A DNA stretch of 62,219 nt, the filler included, from Sphacelaria rigidula (Eukaryota): the NCBI GenBank assembly GCA_964200075.2. It is 8 parts of 8 records of this genome, joined end to end, with 100 filler letters (N's around TTAATTAATTAA, not from the genome) between each part and the next. Parts side by side here need not be neighbours in the genome. Positions count along the whole stretch, not along the records: positions 46,743 to 54,431 come from CAXNAA020013781.1; positions 54,532 to 62,219 come from CAXNAA020013782.1; 6 more parts are not named here. One strand, given 5' to 3'. The notes under the pieces were generated by a model. The model was not told the DNA's origin, made no database searches, and was given only the letters and a program-made list of their open reading frames with translations. The position numbers were made by a program, and so were the translations under genes. Below are positions 51,896 through 62,219 of this stretch, in pieces. The stretch's first letter is position 1; each line of letters opens with the position of its first letter.

Positions 51896-54322
51896 ATTAA
51901 TGTTTTGACGGTTAGGACAAATCAACTCGTGAGGCAACTCAAAGTCATCATCTCCATGAATAAATCATGCGGTTCGTACATCAGTTGTAATTCACACAGT
52001 CAACCCTTCTCCATGACTCAAGGCGTGAATGGCTTGTACATGCACGCCATGTGTGACAAGTTCGACGTGAGCGCCTGTATATGTTTCCCACCTTCGGATC
52101 AATGCGGGACCCACGTAAGTCGTAAAGGTTAATTAATCTGCAGTCATGGGGCCTGAACCACACACACTTTCCTCAAACCTGTAATGCGCGCAAGATGCCT
52201 GCACTGCACAATATGTTATATGTTATCCACCCTCGAGTGAATGTGGGACCAACACTCGGCAAAGAGCTGAATTCTGCCATTTCATGTTCATGGGACCTGT
52301 ATCACGCGTATTTTTTTCTCATGGGTATGGGGCTGCATATGTGTTATCCACCCTCGACTCAGCGGACCAATGGTTTATACAGCATGACTGCTTGCGCATC
52401 ATGGCGAGTCAACATAACACCACACCTGGCAGGTACAAGGAGGCGCGGCAGTTCGCCGCGGCTGTTCAGTACCGTGCACGAGCGGTACCTCTGCGTAATG
52501 GTGGAAATATGCGTTCTTCCAATCAAGAACCATCGACGGCGTGGTCGTATGCTGTTGTGTTGGGACCTCACAGGAAGAAAACACGCAATATTGTACTGGA
52601 AACACCTGTATGAATTGCTCCGCCGTGCCGGTACACGAAGCACTATTCACTTTTATGTGCTCCAGACTAACCGACAGCGAAGGGGATGTGGCCGGTACCA
52701 TAGTACGGGGAAAAAACATCGAGGATGTTGTAGATTGCACATCGTGAACAAAGTTGCGCAGTGGTGTACGGTGGTTCACCGCGGTTGGCAATTGCTGTGT
52801 AAAAACAGACCTAACCGTGAATATTTCCCACCACGAGCGATTACTCGAGTGCTCGACGACCTCCGAAAGCAGTCCACGAGTAGCCGAACAAGTGCGAGGG
52901 CCACGAGTCATACTCGTGCTCGACCGACGTGTGACTCATTTCGAGGAACAGAAAAGAGATACGTGGCAGTCACCTCCAGAGTGTTTCACAAAATGAGACT
53001 GTAGAGGAGCAAGTTTTCATGATCTCTAGCGTAGTGGAGGTATGGTGAACTCCAAAGGACCAAGATTACATTACAGTATATAGTACGCGATACCTGTAGA
53101 GGGTACATATTGCTGTGGAGGGAACTCAGGTCTGAGGTCCGGTGCAGGGACAGACCTTCCTCATTGAATTTCGGATTGATTTCAAGCAAGGTCACTTACA
53201 CCGTGCATAGCTGATGAGCAGCTGAGCTCGAGCGTCGTGTTCCTGGATTGCCGTTGCGATGCGTTCCCCAAGTTGACGTCTGATTCCGTTCGGCTGTGTG
53301 TCAAGCCTTCCCATGCGCCTGTACCAACGGAACATCTTCGTCCCTCTTCGGCTTCAAACACAATCGCTCTCGCCAACATAAGCTACCAAGTCAGCTTGGC
53401 ACCTTGTCTGCCTACAACGGCTACGTTGGGACCCAGCGAAACAGGTGTGCGAATCTCTACGGGCATGACCGAAGTATATGACTGAAACACAGGACACCTC
53501 CACAATTCAGCGCGACCAATAACACACAGATATCCACAGCACAAGTGGATCATGCCTAGCACTAGCTCTTGCCCATCTATTGACAGTTTTGTTGTTTGCA
53601 GCAATCTGTTTGGCATTCAAACATGGACGGCAGTGTGTGTGTGTCACATACGCTGCTCCCGATGGAGTCGTGGACCATTGGCGTGCATGTTGGACGGCTG
53701 ATAGAAATCACCGTGCTTCATTCAATTGGGGAACCCTTCGACTGAGAACCTCCCTCAGCTGGACTCAGATGGACGATGCCACACTTTGGTGTGCTGAGCA
53801 CGACCTGCTCCTCTTTCCAGTATCTATCGATGCTAGGGCTTTTGAGTGCTAAGGGGGAATCGTATACGAGAAAACTCAGAAAAGTACCAATTACGGAAAT
53901 TGACAGAGGGTGTGAGTTAGTGTTTTGATTAAAAAACACTCAGTTGTAGGCTCTAGCGTAATGAATTGGTGAAAATGAAAGAAAATGATACCTACATTTG
54001 TTCGCGAGATCGATTTCAATGGCTTCAATCGATGAAAAGTATCCATGGGTCAGAGCCTGGTGGTGGGTAGTCGCAAGACCCCCCGAGGACCGGTCAGTCC
54101 GTAAATTGTTCGAGACTGAATGCACAGATGATTTCTGTTTCGGAATGTGGAGCGGACGCCTAGCTTCTCCCGGTCTCCAAACTGTGGGATCAAATGTTCA
54201 CTGGGATGGGCGGGCACGCGAAAAAACTATTCAAAATTGTTGACTGCGAAAAAAATACGAAACTCCCGTTGTTTAGCTCGAAACTATCGCACCACAGTCA
54301 ACAGTCACAGTCCAGCGGGCAA

Positions 54323-54358
<36 letters not shown>

Positions 54359-54531
54359 ACACAAACCAAAACCACCCCTCCTTTCCCCCCCCCAACCACA
54401 GCCCCACCTCGCACAACCTAGCGTGTGTTTTNNNNNNNNNNNNNNNNNNNNNNNNNNNNNNNNNNNNNNNNNNNNTTAATTAATTAANNNNNNNNNNNNN
54501 NNNNNNNNNNNNNNNNNNNNNNNNNNNNNNN

Positions 54532-54640
54532 ACATTGTGGACGCAGGTTGCCCAAGATGTGTCCGAATGGTCTTGAGTTGTAGAGGAGGGGGCTAGTTTG
54601 TATATGACAGCTTGGACCAAAGCACGCCAAGTCAAGGAGT
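54532..54640 (+). mobile_element. RTE-like LINE ORF2 C-terminal relic
   Basis: WTQVAQDVSEWS*VVEEGASLYMTAW resembles the W...AQD...W....EGA..FM..W tail of RTE elements. Confidence 0.5.
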
Positions 54641-55125
54641 TGTTTGCTGCGCTGCCTCTAGGGTTCCCCCAGTGCCGACCGATGATCTCCAAAACGTAAC
54701 CTGTAGTCCATGCGGGCAGTACACTCGCTGCGGCCGTTTTCCGAACAGCTGTGGTGGTCGTATATGAGGGTGCCTGAGGTTGTTTTTGTTGTTGTTGAGT
54801 TGAACCCTCATATGGTGGTCATGATAATCTCCTCGTGTCACCTGTCCTTTCCCGTTTTGTGTTTTATTATCCTCTCTCTTCCTTTCTTTCGGTGTTCATT
54901 TTTGACAGATCTGGCGTTTGATGTTTGTGTGTTTGTTTTTCTTTCTTTCTTTCTGTCCTCTCCCCGTTGAACTCGGGGGAGCTACTTCTCACCGGTTTTC
55001 GTGGCGTCGCTCTTCTTGTTTTTTCTTCATGTTGGTAATGTGTCTGGTAAGGAATAGCAGGGACGGTATTGGAAAGGCGAGCCTACGTCTGTGACCACGG
55101 GTTCGCGAGATCGGACTAATGTGCG

Positions 55126-55174
55126 GAAATAATAATATTAATAATAATAATGATGATAAAAATAGTAATGAGAA

Positions 55175-55224
<50 letters not shown>

Positions 55225-55272
55225 ATACTAATACTAATACTAATAATAATAATAGTAATAATAATAATAACT
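55126..55272 (+). repeat. (TAA)n/(TAC)n compound microsatellite
   Basis: Direct reading. Confidence 0.95.
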
Positions 55273-56572
55273 ATTCGCCGTTCAGTCCACCATAATAAGT
55301 CTGTTTCATTTCCCATTGTTCTGACTACAACCATTAACTTCCTCATCCTTATACATATATATATATATATTATAGATGTATAAAATATATATCGCGACTC
55401 GCGAGAGCGCGGCATTCCGCCCACGCTTCCTTACGCCCGCGCGCCAGAATATGGGCGCCCCCCGAGCGGGGGAGCTCCTCGCGAGTCGCGCCTGCATTAC
55501 ATTACTATTATATCGATTGCTCAGCCGCGGTACATGATCGTAGACGAATCTCTCTGGTTGTCGCCGCTTGGTGCAAGGTTTTGCGGGAAGAAATGCGTCG
55601 AGAATTTTGAATTTCCCCTCGAGGTGCCTGTCAACGCCAACAAGAGGCTGACAAGATCATTTTACAGTACGGTCCGAAGAGCGCAGTAACTGCCTCAGTG
55701 AACAGGAGTATCTTAGACATATTCAGCGGTATACGGTGCACAGTAGGTTTGCAGGAGGTCATGAAATACATATGTGTGTGTCAACCATGTCGATGTAGTC
55801 CGCATATACCATCACTTCACTGAAGTGCAGGTCCCACGACCGCAAAACGTAAATTCACGGTTGACATGTGTACAGTAGACAACATGGAGCCTTCTTTTTC
55901 ACGATGTATTACTATGGTTTTGCAGCGCAGCGACGCGTGTCACGCCAGTGCGCGATCGGGAGCGTGAGCCCGTCTTTTCCTGCTCCGTCTGTGGGGGGCG
56001 TTACACGTGTGGTACATTTTCGTGGACGAATCTCCCTGACTATCGTCGTGACACGCGAGCCATGTCGATGTAGTCCGCAAATATACGATTTGTTTGGCAT
56101 GCAGACCACACTACCGCAAAACAATCGTGAAATTCCAATATTGATGAGTCGTCACCGTTGACGTGTTTATGCATAGAACCTCGTTTTCTGAAAGATATAA
56201 TGTTTTGCAGCACCGTATACGTGCCGGTCACTGTTGTTTGTCTACACAACGGACGGTGCGGCAAACGGCAACAAATCACATATGTGTGCTTCGTGGCGAA
56301 GTCAGAGAGAGGGAGCGGTGTAGTACTGCGCCGCTTACTCATGAAGGCTTCTGTTGTCCTCGTGTTTCCGGGAGTTGAGCCTAATCATATTTCAATATAC
56401 CTCACCGGCACATGCAGGCGTTGTGGTACGACATGGGATGATAGGGTCGGAGAACAAGACAGGCAGTACATCATTGTTTCAAGAACGATGTCGAACCTTA
56501 GTACCCTAGGGTATATAATACAGTAATATCAACATCACCCACAGCAATACTACCAAGCACAGCCGCTATCCC

Positions 56573-57890
56573 ATGTCCACCAACTCCTCCAGCTTCTCAA
56601 TGGTCGGGGAGGGGGACAGATCCAACAACTCATTCATGCAATGGGAGCGGCCAACACCGCCCCGCCAGTATAAGGAAGGCCGAAGAAATGCAGGAGAAGC
56701 GGAAGATCAACAGCTGGCTCTCGGACGAAAACAAGGCACTCTTCCACATTCTCAGGGGCGGGGTCTCCATTTCCATTCCCATGTCCGATGGAAACATGAA
56801 ATTCAAACTCCGCGAAGTGGCCGACACCAACCGGGGCATGCTGATCGACCTTCAGACGTTGACCGACGTAGACGTCGCCAACTTCCACTCCCCGGTGCCA
56901 CCTGGCATAAACAAACCTACTTTCGCGCCCGAGGTTCACGTCTTCACATTCACCAAGGCGTCGGCCACCATCATCAACTTCGGCACCAACGACAACGACG
57001 GTGAGCGGGATAGGAGAGCTTTCATCACAGGTGAGCTGACGAGGATGGCGTCGGCGCTGGACGCGTACACCGGGAAAAACTACGCCGCTCTACACAGAGA
57101 CGAAGCGGCCGTAAAACCCGCATGATTACCGACTTCAACCACGACATCAACGGGTGGCTGACAGAATGCAGGGACGCTGGGCTGAATCTGCGCATGGAGT
57201 CTCCCGCTGCCCCACCCGCCAACGGGCAGGGCCCCGCGGCGCCGGTACCAGCGTTCACCCGCGTGAAGATGCTCACCGCTGACGGCCACCCCAGCAGCCT
57301 CATTGGACGCCAAAACTCCGGGCTCACGGTAGCAAGCTCACCCGCGCAGCCCGCCCCTAAGACAGCCGTCAAGCGAAAGGCGCTCCCCGACGCGGGCACG
57401 AGCAAGGCGGTAAAACGCGTCGCTCCCCACCCTCCGTCGTACCCGCCCCAGTGGCTACACCTCACGCCACCGAACACCGATTTCAACACGAAACTGGCGC
57501 CATGGGCCCCACCGGCGGGCGTCTGCTTACGAGCTTGGCAGGGCCTCATGTGCCCACGGGGGCGCGGCTGCCGCCTCCCGGACCACACCAGAAAGCATGA
57601 AGCCGTCGGGGGCCCTCCCCCTCCAGCCGTCAGCCGTTCTCAAGATAACTCCAACAGCCCCGACCGCGGCTACGGCAAAACCACCAGTACCAGCGGCACC
57701 GGCGGCCGTAGCGAGCACAGTGGCGCGCTTTTCCCAGAACTTCGGCGGAAATGGCGGAGCCGGGCGGGGCACCCGAGGGTGCGGGCACCGCCAGTCGACG
57801 GGGCCCACCAGTCTTGGGGGAGGAGGAGCACCGGTCACTCGCCCAAGCCCCCCAACCGGGGTCGGTGGCGGCAAGCTTCTTTCACGGTGA
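56573..57890 (+). pseudogene. gag-like ORF1 with CCCH-type finger, frameshifted
   Basis: Consecutive frames 56573/56688/57122/57597; CLRAWQGLMCPRGRGCRLPDH (C-x8-C-x5-C-x4-H); Pro/Ala/Gly-rich tail. Confidence 0.55.
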
Positions 57891-58311
57891 GAGCAGAAGT
57901 ACCGACGCATGTAGCAACCCTAAAGCACGTCACAGCGGTATATCGCGTAGTCCCATTCCGCATTACCCACGCCCGACAAAAAAGTCGATGACCAACCCCA
58001 CCAAGACGTACTGTAACAAGCAAATGTCGGCAGGGTACACTAGATTGGACGATAGAGCGCACACGCATGAAATTTTCGATGACATCACCGCCCCGCGCAA
58101 TGACACGAAAAACATCAAACACGCGAAAGATGGCCCGCACGACCACAGTAACCGGTCGGTTCTTAGGTCCAACGGAACGTACGAGCGTGCACAGGTAAGT
58201 CAGCAACAAGGTCAGGCAATCCGCCTGTCCATGACTAACGAAAACAACAGCAGTACACGCAGACACAACGTCAAAACCACTTCGCACATCCCCACACACA
58301 GGAGACGTGTA

Positions 58312-59095
58312 GAAGCAGATCCGGCGGTCGGCAGTTACGCACAGGTAACCCTGAACGTCGGTAGATTGGACGATAACAGAACTCATGCTCCCCGTGAAAT
58401 TCGAATGCCATCCAGTGCAGAAGAAGACCCGGCGTTCGGCAGTTCCGAGGGAACCTTGAACAACGACACGTCTATGTTGACGAGCGCAAAGCGTGCAAAG
58501 TCGACAACCAGTAACTTACTAGGAACAAAAGAACATAGAGGTGCAGAAGAAGACCCGTTGTTTGGCAGTTCCGAGGGAACCCTGAACAACGACACGTCCA
58601 TGTTGACGAGCGCAAAGCGTGCAAAGTCGACAACCAGTAACTTACGAGGAACAAAAGAACATAGAGGTGCAGAAGAAGACCCGTTGTTTGGCAGTTCCGA
58701 GGGAACCCTGGATAAGGGCACGCCCATGTTGACGAGCGCGAGGCATGCAAGAGTTCGAACCAACCATCATCGCTCAGATGAAGACCCGGCGGTCGGCAGT
58801 TACGCACAGGTAACCCTGAACGCCGGTAGATCAGACGATAACAGAACTCATGCTCCCCGTGAAATTCGAATCACAACAAGTGCGGAAGAAGACCCGTCGT
58901 TCGGCAGTTCCGAGGGAATCCTGAACAACGGCACGTCCATGTTGACGAGCGCAAAGCGTGCAAAGTCGACAGCCAGTTACTTACGAGGAACAAAAGAACA
59001 TAGAGGTGCAGAAGAAGACCCGTTGTTTGGCAGTTCCGAGGGAACCCTGGATAACGGCACGTCTATGTTGACGAGCGCAAAGCATGCAAGAGTTC
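58312..59095 (+). repeat. In-frame higher-order tandem array of 7 units (A-B-B-C-A-B-C)
   Basis: Unit starts 58312, 58420, 58546, 58672, 58777, 58885, 59011 (108/126/126/105/108/126 bp); shared core encodes E[AE]DP..GS..[GV][TI]L. Confidence 0.93.
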
Positions 59096-59252
59096 AAAAC
59101 AGCACCTGGTGCGCTAAAACAAAACCGTTGCCTAATAGGTACAAACAGGTAGCCCCAGAAAAGGCTCGCACACGTCAACGATTGAGAAGCCCACAGAGAA
59201 AAAAAACAACACCGGCAGTAAGGAGATCATCGGTAGGCGAAATTTTGGGTCG

Positions 59253-61272
59253 GTGAGAAACTCACCTCCAGTTGGGACCACACGCCAACGAAGCCCGACC
59301 GGATTCACAGAGCACCCAAGCAAAAACTTCAATACCCGGTGGAAACAGCAACAGCAAGGACTATCGAATACACACATAGATATAACAGAAATGAAACGCA
59401 CCATCACAGACCTAGCCGCCACATGCACGAGTCTCGTCCGACTTAACCACGGAAGAATCGGGGACGTAGCGAAGGGGCTCGGCGGCACTCTGGTGTCACC
59501 GCCGATGAACCTGAGAAACATCCACGAGTATTTCGGAAACCAAAAACACTTCCCTCGGATACGAGAACTCCTGCACATGATTGGGTACGGAGTCCCAATG
59601 AACACATCGTCTCGCGATCCCGATCCTCGAGGAGCGCTGAAATACGGTAATCACCGCAGTATTGAAGAACATATGCCTCAAGTCTGTGAGAAGTTGGTAG
59701 AGGATGTACGAAGGAACATATGCTTGGTGTTTGAAAAAGGGGCGGCGCTCGAAATCAGAGGCCTCAGAATGGCCCCGCTTGGGGCAGTAGTAACTAGCAA
59801 AGTCAGGATTATCAACGACTTTTTGGTTGATCCCAGCGTACCGAAGGGAGAAAGAGGCGGCCTCAACCGGGACACGATTGTAGACGAGGTGCCGCAATGC
59901 CTCTGCGGAGAGGCACTGCCAAATCTACTTAATGAACTCCGGAAGTGACGTGTCAAGTTTCCGGATAGCAGAATCTTACTGTCAAAGGCGGACGTCTCGA
60001 GTGCATTTATAAATGTCAGGATCGCGCCCGACCAGGCGCAGAGCTGCTGCTACGTGGTAGACGATGTTTTAGTAGCAGACTGTCGGCTCACGTTTGGATG
60101 GACGGGATCCCCCGGCTACTGGGGACTTTTGTCACAGGCCAGTGAACATGCACACTGCAATACCACAATACTCGACGCCGTAATACTCGACGAAGGGAGA
60201 GAGATGATGAAACACGTGACCATAGTCGAGCCCTGGGAAGAAGGGACGCCTACAAAGGTCCCGCCCGACGCTGCTATTCCCCCGGCAAACGGGGGGGGAC
60301 TGCACGACCCCTTTTTCGTTAGCGTGTATGAGGGCGTCTATATTCTAGCAAGGGTGCAGCACGGCGCGCAAGATAAATCGGCGCTACCCGCATCAGCTTT
60401 GCTAGCCTCAGATCACATCAGACTGTTCGGTCCCGGAGAGCCAGGCGAGATACCCATCCTCGCACCTAAAAAAAGTACAAACTGGGACACCAGTGTAGAT
60501 GCGTTGGGATTCACGATCAACACACACACACCATGAGGATAGCGATCACTCGAGAAAAAGTCGAAGCTATCACTGAATCGCTGGAGCGCGACTGGCCCGC
60601 GGGCGAGACACGCGCAACCGCGCAAGACATACTTAGCATAGCTGGAAAACTCTGGAACCTCACGTTTGTTGTAGGACCCGGAAAATATTTCGTATGGCAA
60701 CTACTACGCCTCACCGACCTACACGTAGCCGCAAAAAAGAAACGTCAGGTGAGAGGAACAGTAAACCTTGGCTGGGAGTTTCACGAGAATATCGCCTTTT
60801 GAAAATGGGCTATTGCGGAGAACCTGGTGCAACGCGGTGAATCGCTTAGCGCCCCGTCCTTTGCCCACACCAAACGCACCGCATCTCGTAAATACATCTC
60901 CGACGCGAGCCTGGCAGCGGTAGGACGGTACTGCCCAGAGCTCGGGTTATTTGGGCGGTATTCTTCACCACATGAGCGCACATGCGAACTGAAGAGAAAA
61001 GCAAAAGATAGAGAAACCTGTGCGATCACCATCAATCTACTAGAACTGTGTGGAATGTTCATGACCGCCTGCGCTATCCAGATGTTAAAGGGCGAAAGGC
61101 CCACGGAGAGAAGGGACCCAATCCTGACGCGCGGCGACAACTCGTCGGCTGTGCACTGGGTAATAAATGCGGGGAATCAAAAGACAGACGTGCCGCCCTC
61201 CTGATGCGAATGATGGGTCGCATGGAAGTCGCCACCGGGTGGTGTACTATAGCGAAACACACACCGTTTTAA
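59253..61272 (+). pseudogene. Reverse transcriptase-RNase H pseudogene (DIRS-like)
   Basis: YGNHRS, APLGAVVTSKVRIIND, KADVSSAF, RLTFGWTGSPGYW, catalytic site read as YEGV, LGFTINT, AGKL; RNase H SDAS, INLLEL, GDNSSAV, AKH. Confidence 0.85.
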
Positions 61273-62219
61273 TTTTGTGGATGCAGTTCATAAAAATCAA
61301 ACTCTCTAGCTTTCACAGATCTTGCGACTTCGGTGCAGTTTGTTACCGTGACCACGTCTGAGCCGACAGGCGTACGTGCGGTAGAGCAACGAAACGTAGC
61401 TATGATCCGGTTTGCCTGCCGTACTGCCGACAGCGTCGCGTGAAAGCCACAAGACCATTGCTGTCGGCGGTTTGATGACGTGGGTCTCGAATGCAATGAC
61501 ATGCGGTTGATCGTAGAGCACTCTCGTCTCTCCTCCCAACTTGCAATAACCCATGACCTCCTGACATTGGAATAATTATTACTTATGGGAGGCTACTCGT
61601 ACTGTACCGAGCTGTTCACGCGACCAGCGTGTGCTGCAGATTGCCTATGCGCCACGCTAGCAACAGTGAGGTCACCACCATAGGTATCTTTTTTCACTCC
61701 ACATGTCAAAAAGGATCCTACAAATGTTTGATCTCTCATACAACCCCTTAAACTGGCGTGTGGCACGCCCTTCTGCTCGGCCACCCGGTCGGGGGAGGTC
61801 GGCGAAAATCAACGATGAATAACACCCCCTAAGTTCAAATTGGATCTATTTGTTATTGCCGCAGCATCGCCCTTGCTGGCANNNNNNNNACGGGAACATT
61901 GCCCTATTTTTTCAACGACATGTTTTTCAGCGCACAGAGGCGCGTCCTGTCCAAAAGGAGAGGTAGAGAGAAATCGATCTTCTCGTTTGCGACAGGCAAG
62001 AAGAGACGACGGAATCTCTCCGCACGTCGATGTTCTGGCACATGAAAAAATTGGCACATGCTGGTGTAATAAAATTGATGATGCCAGTTTCTCAAGCGAT
62101 TGGTAATCGCCGAGCGAGGACACACAAAGGACACGGGCGAGGAGTTTCTTCCCTGTCGTTGCTTTTCTCTCTGGTGATATCGTCATCGACACGCGTGTAC
62201 ACCGCATTCGTTAGGTGCA

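Larger units (their letters stand above)
56573..61272 (+). mobile_element. Decayed DIRS/Ngaro-type retroelement (gag-like ORF, repeat-bearing ORF, RT, RNase H); 3'-truncated with no tyrosine recombinase
   Basis: Intronless overlapping ORFs; RT and RNase H motifs of the DIRS type; stops at 59946 and 60800, plus several frameshifts. Confidence 0.8.

Noticed and set aside
52090-54250. Possible Fanzor/TnpB RuvC motifs (DPRKS, IDEKY, HWDG)
   Set aside because: Motifs are weak, lie in different frames, and lack the zinc finger and the DxNAAxNI signature.
55116-55424. Poly-Ile/Ser/Leu ORFs
   Set aside because: Translation of the TAA/TAC microsatellite.
58312-59095. CRISPR-like array
   Set aside because: The 'spacers' are themselves repeated (A/B/C types), the units are in-frame coding inside a eukaryotic retroelement, and there are no cas genes.

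Overview
Eukaryotic, repeat-rich DNA with long GT-AG introns, most consistent with a brown alga (Phaeophyceae; inferred from intron style and TE types, not from a database search). The window is not one locus. It is an artificial concatenation of eight contigs sorted by length (7691, 7691, 7691, 7690, 7690, 7689, 7689, 7688 bp), joined by 100-bp N-TTAATTAATTAA-N spacers, so adjacency across spacers means nothing. Host-gene fragments: the 5' part of a CHD-type chromodomain remodeller with two N-terminal zinc ribbons (4 exons), a PPR protein (3 exons), a divergent CFAP58-like coiled-coil protein (3 exons), and a possible myristoylated (G-alpha-like) first coding exon. Mobile DNA: a decayed XPG/FEN-like nuclease + CXC element resembling Academ(X) DNA transposons, a decayed DIRS/Ngaro-type retroelement with an in-frame higher-order peptide repeat ahead of its RT, Ty3/gypsy and LINE relics in a ~5.8-kb-period duplication, nested piggyBac-like and PIF/Harbinger-like MITEs, tRNA-derived SINEs and several satellites. 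No intact new system can be demonstrated. The Academ-like nuclease element and the DIRS repeat array are the best leads.
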